From a virus (Duplodnaviria > Heunggongvirae > Uroviricota > Caudoviricetes): a stretch of DNA of 64,000 nt. The DNA lies in the IMG/VR virus record IMGVR_UViG_2648501802_000002. One strand, given 5' to 3'. The number at the start of each line of letters is the position of its first letter. The first letter of the stretch is position 1. Below are positions 20,701 to 30,718 of the stretch, one piece after another. The notes beneath the pieces were generated by a model, which saw only the letters and a list, made by a program, of their open reading frames with translations, searched no databases and had not been told where the DNA came from. Made by a program: the position numbers and the translations under genes.

Positions 20701-21332
20701 CACTGTTTCACATCGATGATTTCGGTGTATGACGACCAGAGCGTTTTGTTCTGCAGCTGGTCTGTGGTGCTGTCCGGCGTCATCCTGCGCATCCGGATAT
20801 TAAACGGGCGCGGCGGCAGGTTATCCACCACCACCGAGGCCAGATACTGCGAGGTGGTTTTGCCTTTAATGGTGATGTCTTTTTCCGTCACCCAGCCACC
20901 GTTACGCTGTATCTGAACCAGCAGGCGGACTTCCGACGGATTCCGGTCCCCCTTTGAGGTGGTTTCCACCAGTGCCTGCACACCGAAGGTAAAGCGCAGA
21001 CGGTCGATGTTTGCAGACGTGATGGTCCGGGTAATCGGCGTGTCGTACTTCACTTCCGTACCCAGCACCGTCTCGGAGCCGGAGGATTCAAACCCCTCCG
21101 GCGGTGTCTGCTCCTGCTCACCGGCACGGAACACCACCGTGACACCGGAGATGTTGGTATTCCCCTCAGTGTCCAGCACCGGCGTACTGTTCAGCAGCAC
21201 GCTTTTTAATCCATCCACCGGACCTTCAACCGGCCCTTCGCTGATGGCATCGATCACACTCAGCAACTGCGTGGACTTCAGGTTGTCCTTCGCTTCGCGC
21301 GGGGTATGCCCCTTACTGCTTCCTTTACTCAT
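17790..21332 (-). CDS. J: Tail tip host-specificity protein J (central tail fibre)
   Basis: ORF track 1180 aa; follows I/K/L/M in lambda order; size and position. Confidence 0.85.
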   Translation of the reverse strand: MSKGSSKGHTPREAKDNLKSTQLLSVIDAISEGPVEGPVDGLKSVLLNSTPVLDTEGNTNISGVTVVFRAGEQEQTPPEGFESSGSETVLGTEVKYDTPITRTITSANIDRLRFTFGVQALVETTSKGDRNPSEVRLLVQIQRNGGWVTEKDITIKGKTTSQYLASVVVDNLPPRPFNIRMRRMTPDSTTDQLQNKTLWSSYTEIIDVKQCYPNTALVGVQVDSEQFGSQQVSRNYHLRGRILQVPSNYNPQTRQYSGIWDGTFKPAYSNNMAWCLWDMLTHPRYGMGKRLGAADVDKWALYVIGQYCDQSVPDGFGGTEPRITCNAYLTTQRKAWDVLSDFCSAMRCMPVWNGQTLTFVQDRPSDKAWTYNRSNVVMPDDGAPFRYSFSALKDRHNAVEVNWIDPDNGWETATELVEDTQAIARYGRNVTKMDAFGCTSRGQAHRAGLWLIKTELLETQTVDFSVGAEGLRHVPGDVIEICDDDYAGISTGGRVLAVNSQTRTLTLDREITLPSSGTTLISLVDGSGNPVSVEVQSVNDGVKVKVSRVPEGVAEYSVWGLKLPTLRQRLFRCVSIRENDDGTYAITAVQHVPEKEAIVDNGAHFDGEQSGTVNGVTPPAVQHLTAEVTADSGEYQVLARWDTPKVVKGVSFLLRLTVTADDGSERLVSTARTTETTYRFTQLALGNYRLTVRAVNAWGQQGDAASVSFRIAAPAAPSRIELTPGYFQITATPHLAIYDPTVQFEFWFSEKRITDIRQVETTARYLGTALYWIAASINIKPGHDYYFYIRSVNTVGKSAFVEAVGQPSDDASGYLDFFKGEIGKSHLAQELWTQIDNGQLAPDLAEIRTSITDVSNEITQTVNKKLEDQSAAIQQIQKVQVDTNNNLNSMWAVKLQQMQDGRLYIAGIGAGIENTPDGMQSQVLLAADRIAMINPANGNTKPMFVGQGDQIFMNEVFLKYLTAPTITSGGNPPAFSLTPDGRLTAKNADISGNVNANSGTLNNVTINENCRVLGKLSANQIEGDLVKTVGKAFPRDSRAPERWPSGTITVRVYDDQPFDRQIVIRRWLSAVPDDERRNSDTYSSCRLIGEKTGAEIYNRTALDNTLIYTGVIDMPAGSGNDTGVFGISMVGKWLVSHSKYQRFAGCGDEESHRRHQYQLNFITPIRASEMTPFLLQKSER

Positions 21333-21392
21333 TCCTCACGCTCCATAAATGACAAAACCGCCCGCAGGCGGTTTCACATAAAACATTTTGCA

Positions 21393-22064
21393 TCAGCGAC
21401 CAATCACCACAACCTGACCACCGTCCCCTTCGTCTGCCGTGCTGATCTCCTGAGAAACCACGCGTGACCCCACGCGCATTTCCCCGTACAGAACAGGCAG
21501 AACATTGCCCTGGGCAACCATGTTATCCAGTGAGGAGAAATAGGTGTTCTGCTTACCGTTATCCGTTGTCTGTGTACGGGGAGTTCTGGCTTTCGGTGCC
21601 AGCATCTGCGCCACACCACCGAGGACCATACTGGCACCGAGAGAAAACAGGATGCCGGTCATACCACCGGCCCCAATGGCTGCCCCCCATGCTGCAAGGG
21701 TGGCTCCGGCGGTAAAGAATGATCCGGCAATGGCGGCAGCCCCCAGGACAATCTGGAATACGCCACCTGACTTGGCCCCGGCGACTCTGGGAACAATATG
21801 AATCACAGCGCCATCAGGCAGAGTCTCATGTAACTGCGCCGTTAACCCGGACGTGCTGACGTCCCGCCCGGCAATCCGTACCTGATACCAGCCGTCGCTC
21901 AGTTTCTGACGAAACGCCGGGAGCTGTGTGGCCAGTGCCCGGATGGCTTCAGCCCCCGTTTTCACACGAAGGTCGATGCGGCGACCAAATCGTTGTAAAT
22001 CCCCGTAAAGGCAGATGCGCGCCATGCCCGGTGACGCCAGAGGGAGTGTGTGCGTCGCTGCCAT
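21393..22064 (-). CDS. I: Tail assembly protein I
   Basis: ORF track 223 aa; MAATHTLPLASPGMARICLYGDLQRFGRRIDLRVKTGAEAIRAL matches lambda I as I recall it; Gly-rich hydrophobic middle. Confidence 0.85.
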   Translation of the reverse strand: MAATHTLPLASPGMARICLYGDLQRFGRRIDLRVKTGAEAIRALATQLPAFRQKLSDGWYQVRIAGRDVSTSGLTAQLHETLPDGAVIHIVPRVAGAKSGGVFQIVLGAAAIAGSFFTAGATLAAWGAAIGAGGMTGILFSLGASMVLGGVAQMLAPKARTPRTQTTDNGKQNTYFSSLDNMVAQGNVLPVLYGEMRVGSRVVSQEISTADEGDGGQVVVIGR

Positions 22065-22706
22065 TTGTCGGTGTACCTCTCTCGTTTGCTCAGTTGTTCA
22101 GGAATATGGTGCAGCAGCTCACCGTCACCACAGTAAATGGCGGCATGATTCGGCACCGATGAACCAAAACAGCACAGCAGCACATCGCCCGGCTGCGCCG
22201 CTGACAACGGCACCTGATACAGCCCTGTGGCCTCCAGATTATCCAGATAGAGATTCTGACCGTGACGCCACCAGTCATCCCCGCGATGAAAATCCGGCAT
22301 CTCAATCCCCGCCAGATGATAAGCATCCCGGAACAGCGTGTAACAGTCCGTCACCCCCGTGCTCAAAGCGCCGCCCGGTGAGATGCGGCACACAGCGGAA
22401 CTTATGAATCGCCCCCCGGCAGACCAGCCACCACGGCAAATCACTCTGCACCTGCAGCCGCCGGTCAGCCTCACTCAGCCAGGGCAGACCACCGGGGTGG
22501 CTGTGGACCAGCGCCACAATCTCACCCTGCATTTCTGCCTGCAGCCAGTCCTCCGGAGCCATCCGGAAATAATCCTCCGGCTCACCGGAAATATTCACGC
22601 CGGGAAAATATCTTTCCCCCTCCGGCGTGCTTACCACGAAGCCGCACGACTCCGCTGGCGCACATCGCCGGGCGTGCGCCAGAATCGCTGATTCTGTCTG
22701 TGTCAT
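21962..22706 (-). pseudogene. K: Tail assembly protein K (JAB/MPN plus NlpC/P60) split by a frameshift at a C5/G5 homopolymer
   Basis: Two overlapping ORFs (22302..22706 and 21962..22474) together reconstitute lambda-like K: HSHPGG JAB motif in the first, GVTDCYTLFRDAYHLAG...CCFGSSVPNHAAIY in the second. Frames switch at CACGGGGGTGAC (plus-strand CCCCC at about 22355-22359). Confidence 0.7.
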
Positions 22707-22711
22707 GGGAT

Positions 22712-23410
22712 TTACTGCGAAAGTTTGTTAATGGAAAGGAAGCCGCCAAAGTTGCCGACGTTATTGCGAAACTTACAGCCACTCAGGCATTTGCTGCATT
22801 TATCCTTCGTGATATCGGACGTCGGCTGGTCATATTCATCCGCGACCGCCGGACCGCTATAACCGCACTCATCGCCGCGATAGGTCCAGGTGCAGGTGTT
22901 GGCCAGCATGATACGTCCCGGAAAAACAGCGCCATCCGTTTCAGTCGGCGTGGACAGTACAAAAGAGGCACTGACCGCGCTCAGTTCGCTGCACTGCTCG
23001 ATGCGCCAGCGGCTGATCACCTCCTGCTCCGGATCGGCTTCGCTGTTTCCGTTGACGAAGTTCACCGCATCCAGAAAGCGGGCGTAAACCTTACGCCGGA
23101 CCACCGTTCCGCCGACCAGACTCTGCAGATCTTCCGCCATCCCGGTGATCATGCCGTGCAGGTTAGAGACCGTCAGTGTCGGACGGGCAGCACTGCCCTT
23201 GCCGTTCATCTCAAATCCACTCCCCTGAATGGGATAGGCCTGATACTGCCGACTCTGCCAGGTGACAGACTCACCTTTTTCGTTCTGCTCATTACAGAAA
23301 AAGTAGCGATCCCCGTCTACCTCTGTCAGGTCGATTTCCCAGAGCACCACGCTGGCAGACTGCTCCGCACGAATGCATTCATTCAGCGTTTCCTGTTGTA
23401 TGTCCTGCAT
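22712..23410 (-). CDS. L: Minor tail protein L
   Basis: ORF track 232 aa; lambda gene order M-L-K-I-J. Confidence 0.8.
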   Translation of the reverse strand: MQDIQQETLNECIRAEQSASVVLWEIDLTEVDGDRYFFCNEQNEKGESVTWQSRQYQAYPIQGSGFEMNGKGSAARPTLTVSNLHGMITGMAEDLQSLVGGTVVRRKVYARFLDAVNFVNGNSEADPEQEVISRWRIEQCSELSAVSASFVLSTPTETDGAVFPGRIMLANTCTWTYRGDECGYSGPAVADEYDQPTSDITKDKCSKCLSGCKFRNNVGNFGGFLSINKLSQ

Positions 23411-23748
23411 CAGATCACCACTTCGTCAAACTGACACGAAAAATCGGTATAGGTGATATGTTCTGTCGCTGACCACGTTCGACACACCACTCTGATTTTT
23501 CTGTTAATACCCGGCGGGCGCCAAAAAAAAGATTTATAGCCTTCATGCCGGGCTAAAAATTTTTCAAATGAATCACGTTCATTCGCCTCAACTTTGAAAT
23601 CACAGGTGAAAACGCGCAGAGAATGATTAAGTCCATTTGGACTTCGTTGCTCATAACCATCGCCAAATCTTACAGTTTTTATCGATGGTTTATTTTCTGT
23701 TTTCATTCCATCCTCTGGTAACCAGTGAAATTCTTCCGTATTAGCCAC
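23410..23748 (-). CDS. M: Minor tail protein M
   Basis: ORF track 112 aa; [17 protein letters not shown] and FDEVVI resemble lambda M. Confidence 0.8.
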
Positions 23749-26700
23749 TTAACATTCCCCCATCACGTCGCATATTTAACAGATTGCCCTGCACCCGCTG
23801 ATCAACCATCCCCATAAGTGCTTTTATTGCCTGAGGGCCAATCTCTCCATTCTGGCCGTCATTTTGAATAGTGATTTGGTATACAGGGGCATAGGTAATA
23901 TCTCCGCCTCCATTACCACTTTTACTATTAATAGCTCTGACACCAAGAGAACCATCGGAAGTTCGTGTTAATGGCATAATGGCTTCCGGACCAGCCTCAC
24001 CAAAAACACCAGCCCCTCTTGCAAAAGCAAAAAATTGCGGGGAATCATAAATACCGTTCGAATACGTGTTCAATGACGGAGACTCATAAACACCGCCCTT
24101 TGCATTCGGAATAAATTTACTAATAGCACTCCCGATAGTTCCTAAAATCCCCCCAGAAGAACTGTTACTAATGCTGTCGAAAATCCCAGTAATTGAAGCC
24201 TTTAATGCTATTCGACTAAGATCCGAAATCACGGAAGTAGCGAAAGAACGAAAATTTGCCTTGCCTGTCGTGACAAAATCACCCAGCGCATCGGTCATTC
24301 CATCAAACATCTGAGTCGTGGTTGATTTTATCTGCTCACTGATATCCTTAGTGTCATCCAGCCAGTTATTGAATCCCTGGGAGGCACCACTAACCCAGTC
24401 TCCTGCCTGAATATCGAGCTGCTCGTTTTTCTGTCTGACAATTTCTTTTTCTCGTTCCAGAGCATCATTCAGAGCCTGCATTTTCTCCTGAAAAACATGA
24501 TTTGACATCCCACGGGATTTATCTGCATAGTCACGTTCAAGTTGCAGACGCTGATTGTTATATTCACGTTCAATCCGCAGTAATTCCTGCTGGCGTTGCT
24601 GATTTTTATCGCCAACCCCATAACCAGCAATCTGAATATCATACCCCTGTTGACGATTATCAATCGAAGCCTGCAATGAATCACGCCATGCAGCTATTTC
24701 GGCGGATTCCTTGATTAGCCTGTTATTTTTTTCAATCGCAACATTTTTCTCCATCAACGCGGTTATTTCTTCCAGGTGTAAGAGAAGCGATTTCTGATCC
24801 TGGGTTAATTTCGATGACGGTCGTGACTCCAGGTCGGCAATCTGCTGACGCCACTTAACCAGTTCCTGTTCAGAGGAACTTAATTTAACGGTTAATTCAG
24901 TTTGTGAACTTAGTAACGCATTCTGTTGATTCAGATGATCAATCATTCGTTGGGCAGCATCATCCGAATAACCTTTCGCCTTTGGTTGCTTTGGATCTTT
25001 ATAACGCTCATTTATTTGAGCGATAAAATTATTATATTCTTCCTTTGAATACTGACTCTTTAGCTTTTCCAGTTTTGCAAGTTCACTAGCTCTCTGCTGC
25101 TCCCGGGTCTGATATTGTTTTGAAAAGGCATCTGCTCTCTGTCTGAGTTCAATTCCTTCCTGTTGTCGCTTGTTGTAATCGTTTATTGATGAATTTAGGA
25201 CGTCCTGAGCAATTTTTTCTGCTTGAAGTACGCCCAATTGCTGCTTTAATCGTGCCAGCCTTTTATTTTGAGCTCCGCCATCTCCAATGCCACCTAACCC
25301 GAAAACTCCGGGTCGGGTATTTTTTTCTATTTCATCAATTTGACGGAGAACATCTGAGATTTTTTGATCAAGGGAGGCCTCACGGCCAATGTCCAGCATG
25401 GAATCCCATGCCCATTTTGCGGAGTCTGCGACAGCTTTCCATGCAGTCTCAAGATAACCAAGATTTTCTTTAATCTGGTTGGTGCGCTGGATCATTGAGG
25501 ATGAGTATTCTTCTGTCGCAATGCGGGCGGCCTCCTGCTGGTTCCCTTCATCCTGTAGCGCCTTAATCTGGTTATAAGTCGCAAGTGTCAGAAAATGGTA
25601 CTGATCATTAAGTTTTGATATGGCACTGACAGGATCCTTTGCAATTTCATTGAAGTCATTAACCAGTTGTTCGGTTGATATTCCTGTTACTTCGCTCGTT
25701 TTTACTATCGCTGTCGTCACTTGCTCCAGCGAACTGCTCGCTACCTTTCCCGAACGCACAAGCTGATTTAATACTGCCGCCGCAGCACCAGTTGTCGAAT
25801 CAGCCGCATTCCCGGCACGTTGAGCTATATCGCCCAATTGCCCGCTGGTTGTCCCCAACTGATTTCCGGTAAGAATAAGAGATTTATTAAATTCGTCCTG
25901 CTCCTGAGAGCCTTTATAGTAAGCCAGTCCTAAGACCCCAACGGCTGCTGCGGCCAGGGTAAAAGGATTAATTAATCCCAGCACATAAGAACCTACACCT
26001 TTGATCGCCGGGCCAATCCCACCGAACATATCTTTTAGCTGGCCGCCCTGCTGCATTAACACCATAAATGGCGACTGACCAGTGGACAACCCAACAACAA
26101 TATCCGTCATTTGTGCAGGCAACATGCGCATAGCAAAAGCCGTTTGTTTTGCCGACATTCCGGTTTTGCTTAATTGTGATTGAGTAACCTCAAGCTCACT
26201 CCGCATAGCACGAAGTTTTCCAGAAAGCTCCTCATACATTTCAGGAGAAAGCATCCCCTTAGCTTTTGCTTCATTGAGCTGTTTCTGTTGTTCTACCAGA
26301 CGATTAAAAGCAGTTCCGACAGGATCAAGTTGAGCAATCAGACGTTGCAAAGCAACAACCTGTTCATCATGCGCTTTTGCTGCTTCTCGCTCTGCCTGAG
26401 CCTCTCCGGTAAGCTCTCGCCGTGTTTCCTGTATTTTTCGGCTATAATTCTCAAACTGAGAACCATTTATTTTCCCGGATGCAAACGCAGCATTAAGTTC
26501 ATCATGCTGTTGTTCAAGATTTCTTAGCGCCGCAGCCAGAGGGTCGATCTTGTCCAGCATTCTTTGAAAGGCCTGAGCCTGCGCTTCCTGCTGGGCGGCA
26601 GCAAGTTTTCCGGCCTTCTCGGCTTCTCTCTGCGCTTGCGCAACCCCGCTCAATTCCTCTGTGGTTTCATTAAGTTTACGGACAAGAAATTCATATTCTT

Positions 26701-26974
26701 CTTTATCAATAAGCCCTTTATCGAAAAATTTCTTTAATTCAGAATAGCGTCGACCGACAGTATCAATTGCGGCACCAACTGGATCAATAGCTGCTTTTAA
26801 TTTTGCGAGCGCGTTCTTCTCATCTTCTGTTGCCTTAGTCACTTTCCCTGCGCTATTTGCAGCAGTTTCCCCAGCCTGCGTCATTTTGACTAATGAGGAG
26901 GTCAGATTGTCAGCATTATTTTTCGCTCCAGTGCTATCAATAATTATTGCGAGACGCGAGGTTTGCTCTGCCAT
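23741..26974 (-). CDS. H: Tail tape measure protein
   Basis: ORF track 1077 aa; long coiled-coil-rich protein with a hydrophobic segment, immediately downstream of the G/GT chaperone pair. Confidence 0.85.
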
Positions 26975-26994
26975 TTATTAAAACTCCTGACAAC

Positions 26995-27021
26995 AAAAAA
27001 CCCACCGCGAAGTGGGTTTCA
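26995..27021 (-). terminator. Hairpin plus U-run between the chaperone GT and tape-measure genes (possible attenuator)
   Basis: Minus strand reads ACCCACUUCGCGGUGGGUUUUUUG about 20-45 nt upstream of the tape-measure start codon and its GGAG-like ribosome-binding site. Confidence 0.4.
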
Positions 27022-27139
27022 GGCGACATAATAGTAGATATAGCGATTACGAGGCCACGCAATGCTTTTCTCCAGGAGCATCATCGATTTAATTAAAGAC
27101 ACCATCACATCTCTGTAACAGAGTGTACGTAATTAACAA

Positions 27140-27373
27140 CTACACACACTGCTCCTGAAAATACTGGTCATCCAGTGCAAAGATCACTGCTTCAAATTCA
27201 TCGCGCTCAATCAATACCGGATGAGTGGCTAAATATTCATTTATCTCTGTCAGAGATAAAGGCAAAGGCACCCCAGCCATTCCAGCATAACGTCGGGCAC
27301 GGGATATTACCGAATAGGCGTACAACAACTCCTTAAGCACCGGGTCTATTTCTGGTTCCGGTATCGGTGGCAA
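27140..27373 (-). CDS. T segment of tail assembly chaperone (expressed as G-T fusion by -1 frameshift)
   Basis: ORF track 77 aa, in the -1 frame relative to G; that frame is open back across the G stop and is entered at the A AAA AAG slippery heptamer. Confidence 0.6.
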   Translation of the reverse strand: MPPIPEPEIDPVLKELLYAYSVISRARRYAGMAGVPLPLSLTEINEYLATHPVLIERDEFEAVIFALDDQYFQEQCV

Positions 27374-27447
27374 CCTGAGTTTTTCTCGCTTCCATCTTGC
27401 CTTTTCCCCCCTTTCTCCCCCGAACTCCGATAACCACCGCTGGGCAG

Positions 27448-27909
27448 CTATGGCTTTTTTATCGTATCCTGCTTCTGCTGCTCTTTACCCTGGGCGATGC
27501 TGGCTGCTTCTGCAAGGATCTGCCAGTACAACTCTGGATTCTGCTTAAGCAGCGCGATCCCTCGTTCTGCCGTATATTCCAGTGCAACCTCAACACCATT
27601 AACCAGTTCACCAACCCCTTTCCAGTCTTTCAGCAGATAACGAGCGGCATTATCAATGAGTAAATCATCAACAGAATCCACCTCGGAAACCTTTGAAATA
27701 TCAAACTCCTTCGTTCCGACGTGCAAACTGGCATCCATTTTCTCAATGTGGCGACGGATTAATGCATTACGGGAGCGATACTGATCGTTATCGCTGCTTG
27801 CCACCAACAGTTTTAACCCGTCTACAGGTTTTAAGTCCTTCATTGGCGTAAACCAGCGTTCTCCACCAATGATAATTTTCTGATTAAGAATAAACATCCA
27901 TAACCTCAT
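27448..27909 (-). CDS. G: Tail assembly chaperone G
   Basis: ORF track 153 aa; directly upstream of the tape measure gene; slippery site at its 3' end. Confidence 0.75.
   Translation of the reverse strand: MRLWMFILNQKIIIGGERWFTPMKDLKPVDGLKLLVASSDNDQYRSRNALIRRHIEKMDASLHVGTKEFDISKVSEVDSVDDLLIDNAARYLLKDWKGVGELVNGVEVALEYTAERGIALLKQNPELYWQILAEAASIAQGKEQQKQDTIKKP
27454..27462 (-). promoter_or_regulatory. Programmed -1 ribosomal frameshift site (A AAA AAG) for the G-T fusion
   Basis: mRNA reads ...GAU ACG AUA AAA AAG CCA UAG; the canonical X XXY YYZ heptamer sits 1 codon before the G stop, and the -1 frame continues KKAIAAQRWLSEFGG... into the T ORF. Confidence 0.65.
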
Positions 27910-27970
27910 TCAATGCGTCCCCCTGTAGGGCAGTACCACAGGAGGAATAACGGAAAATCAACTAATCGCC

Positions 27971-28921
27971 TCAGCACTGGCTTTTGCGATCACGGCAGCC
28001 GGGGAATTTTTTTTTTCTGGTTATCGTAGGTGCTTCATCTGCTGCGGTAATGCTCAATTGAACCTGGATAATGTCGCTATTACCCCCATCAGGCCATTCA
28101 CCTGACACCTGAACCTTCGGGAAACTGAAAGTGTATGCCCCCTCTCCATTCGAAAGCGTGAAGCTGAACGGAACTGTTTCTCCAGTCAGTGTTTTACTCC
28201 AGATTTCCCACGCGGCTTTAGACCATGAAAGCGTCACCGTACCGGACGGTGTAAAAGTAGTCGGAATATTTGCTCCTGCATAAGGCGAGCCAGTCCCGAT
28301 ACAACGCTGTGTCTGGAGTTTGTTATCGAACTGAATATCAAAACTGTCGATACAAAAACCGTTACCTCCGGCAACACCATTCAGGCTTACTGCTGAAACC
28401 TCCTTAAACGAATAACGTAGCTTTCCTGCACTATCCACAGGTTCGCCTTTGATAAAATTCGTATCATCGGCCTTTGATTCCCAGTCCAGTCCGGCAAAGG
28501 TTACGGTCGCTGTAATATCGCCGTCGTTAGGGATCTGCATTTTCCATGAGCCAACCTGCGCTCCTCTGACGACAGAGGCAATTCCGACATCGGACGCATA
28601 GGTCGCCAGAGAAAATGTTATTCGCTCATTCCCCATTGTCAGAGAATCGCCTGACCATTCCGCGCCGAAACAGGATGCAAGAAAATCATCATGTTGACCC
28701 CAGCGAAATTTGGTACCAACATCACCGCCGACATCCACAGTGCCAGGCGTCGCCCCCTGAGCCATCCGGGAGCCACCAATCTCATTATTTTCGCCTTTAT
28801 TATGGGTGGGTTTTACTCCCCAGCTTGTGCGTTTTAATAAACTCCAGTCACCACTTGCTGGCGTAGTGCCTGCAACCGTCTCCCGGATAAATGCCGAGAT
28901 AACCTTTGCACCTGAACTCAC
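27971..28921 (-). CDS. Major tail protein
   Basis: ORF track 316 aa; position upstream of G/GT; Ig-like Thr/Ser-rich C-terminal region. The odd C-terminus (RKKKFPGCRDRKSQC) follows an A10 tract, so the true 3' end is uncertain. Confidence 0.65.
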   Translation of the reverse strand: MSSGAKVISAFIRETVAGTTPASGDWSLLKRTSWGVKPTHNKGENNEIGGSRMAQGATPGTVDVGGDVGTKFRWGQHDDFLASCFGAEWSGDSLTMGNERITFSLATYASDVGIASVVRGAQVGSWKMQIPNDGDITATVTFAGLDWESKADDTNFIKGEPVDSAGKLRYSFKEVSAVSLNGVAGGNGFCIDSFDIQFDNKLQTQRCIGTGSPYAGANIPTTFTPSGTVTLSWSKAAWEIWSKTLTGETVPFSFTLSNGEGAYTFSFPKVQVSGEWPDGGNSDIIQVQLSITAADEAPTITRKKKFPGCRDRKSQC

Positions 28922-28947
28922 AGGAGCCTCCTATGTCATTAATTGCG

Positions 28948-29340
28948 CTAGAGCGCGCGATATGGAATTTGAAGATTAAGCTGGAACCAGCCATTCTTTT
29001 CGCCAACGGCTATTGAGGAAACAGCCTGGTAACTGAGACGATCGTCATCCTGAAACTCAAACAGTTCCCGCAATTTATCGGCTGTCTCAGTAATGAGTTT
29101 TGAACCAGAACCTGCGGGGACAAATAACTGAATAATGATTATCCCCGTGCGATAAACAATCGGCCCCGCGCCAATTTCATTAACTCCAGCCTGCCCGGGA
29201 ATATTACTTAACCGCGCCCAGATTAACTTACCGGAAGGATCGAACGTTGGCGCGTTCGGATACAATACGTCTTTTCCATCAATAATCGTCTGTGCCGTCA
29301 TTCTGGAAATAACCGTATTTCTGATTTCAGTAAACGTCAT
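28948..29340 (-). CDS. Tail terminator / tail completion protein
   Basis: ORF track 130 aa; gene order between head-tail joining genes and the major tail gene. Confidence 0.55.
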   Translation of the reverse strand: MTFTEIRNTVISRMTAQTIIDGKDVLYPNAPTFDPSGKLIWARLSNIPGQAGVNEIGAGPIVYRTGIIIIQLFVPAGSGSKLITETADKLRELFEFQDDDRLSYQAVSSIAVGEKNGWFQLNLQIPYRAL

Positions 29341-29717
29341 TTGTAAGCCTGTAAAACACCATGAAAAGCGTTGGCATACACGCCAGTTGGCGCTTGTTGT
29401 GAATGACCGTTTTCAAGAGCCTCTGCATAAGGAAGGTTATTCTGGATATAAATAACTCCGTAATTTGCAGCTTTCGAAATAACCCCGATCCCACGCTGAA
29501 CAGCAATCGTACCGTTCGGATCCACGTTATCAGATATACCAAAATCGGGATGCTGTAACGACACCAGGTTGTTATTTCTGAAACGTCCGGTATCAACCGG
29601 AGCAGCAATATCAATAGCAGTAAGAATCTGAATAGCGATGTAGCGAATCTTCAGCCCTACATCTTCCTCAATCATCCCGGCAAATATTGACGGTTCTATA
29701 TCCCATGCCTTTGCCAT
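29337..29717 (-). CDS. Tail completion / head-tail joining protein
   Basis: ORF track 126 aa; operon context. Confidence 0.5.
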   Translation of the reverse strand: MAKAWDIEPSIFAGMIEEDVGLKIRYIAIQILTAIDIAAPVDTGRFRNNNLVSLQHPDFGISDNVDPNGTIAVQRGIGVISKAANYGVIYIQNNLPYAEALENGHSQQAPTGVYANAFHGVLQAYK

Positions 29718-30101
29718 TTACGCTCTCCTTAACTGGATAGAGTAAACTGATGCGGAAGGATCTACACTTGCTGTAATTACCTCGTATCGTTGTAACTGCC
29801 TTGATACAGGATCATAAATCTCAATAATATGGTCGACAGCTGGTTTATCCGTAACCTCGCATACCAGAGCGGTTAATTTAAGGTCACCATGCAAAATATT
29901 AATCCCATCAATTCTGCCCAGCTTATAACGTGTCAACACGCCTCGCCCGGTATAGATTGCGGTGGATTCGCCGCCAGTTTCCGTCACAGGATCCCAGTGC
30001 CGGTGCGTAACGTAAGAACCAGAAAAATCACTCACGGCGTCCGCTAAATCCTCATCAAAAGCAGCGGCAACCTCTGACTGAATCTCTTCACGAAGCCCCA
30101 T
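29718..30101 (-). CDS. Head-tail adaptor protein
   Basis: ORF track 127 aa; operon context. Confidence 0.5.
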   Translation of the reverse strand: MGLREEIQSEVAAAFDEDLADAVSDFSGSYVTHRHWDPVTETGGESTAIYTGRGVLTRYKLGRIDGINILHGDLKLTALVCEVTDKPAVDHIIEIYDPVSRQLQRYEVITASVDPSASVYSIQLRRA

Positions 30102-30496
30102 TATCCCCCCCTCACAACCCTGACTTGTGAGCGACTAAGTCCGTACGGTTTCAGCAGTGCTATCGCAAGCTGTAAATCGGGTTCAAGCAATGCAGTGCTG
30201 TTTGCTGGCAACTCAGAAAATGATTTCGATACACTGACCCCGTCAGCCGACACGGCTTTACTGATAACAACGCCAGAATCATTTTTCTGCTGAAACAACT
30301 TACCGAATGAGGCAATTCTGGCTGCATATGCTCCCGCAAGTTTTACCTCTTCCGGAATACGGGATGGGTTAATTTTCAGGTTGAAGCCATTAAGCCAGGC
30401 ATTAGCCATTAAAACAGCTTTATTTTTAGCGTTCTCACTCGTCCAGGCGTTCCCAAACGCATTATCAACGTCATCACAGGTCACGTAAGTGATCAT
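30101..30496 (-). CDS. Head completion / DNA packaging-stabilising protein
   Basis: ORF track 131 aa; downstream of major capsid. Confidence 0.5.
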   Translation of the reverse strand: MITYVTCDDVDNAFGNAWTSENAKNKAVLMANAWLNGFNLKINPSRIPEEVKLAGAYAARIASFGKLFQQKNDSGVVISKAVSADGVSVSKSFSELPANSTALLEPDLQLAIALLKPYGLSRSQVRVVRGG

Positions 30497-30499
30497 GTG

Positions 30500-30676
30500 T
30501 TACTCCTGAGTTTTCCAGCCCATAGCCTTCCAGTTGTCAACTTCATCAGGATGAACATTAGCGATAGTTGGTGCGCCGGGAAACATCTGATAATCGGTCA
30601 CCATAACCACTAACTCAATTTGCGTTTTTTGTGCGGCTTCACGCTGTGCTCTTTGCTCTTTAGTTAATCCGGCCAT
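30500..30676 (-). CDS. Small hypothetical head-region protein (about 58 aa)
   Basis: Manual translation (MAGLTKEQRAQREAAQKTQIELVVMVTDYQMF...) fills the gap between capsid and head-completion genes; below the ORF-track size cutoff. Confidence 0.35.
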   Translation of the reverse strand: MAGLTKEQRAQREAAQKTQIELVVMVTDYQMFPGAPTIANVHPDEVDNWKAMGWKTQE

Positions 30677-30718
30677 ATGCCCCCCATTAAAAATGGGGCC
30701 GAAGCCCCGTTTGAATGT

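Noticed and set aside
27374-27447. GGGGGGGAAAAGG run downstream of the G stop as the frameshift site
   Set aside because: It lies after the G stop codon; the functional slippery heptamer A AAA AAG is upstream of the stop at about 27454-27460.
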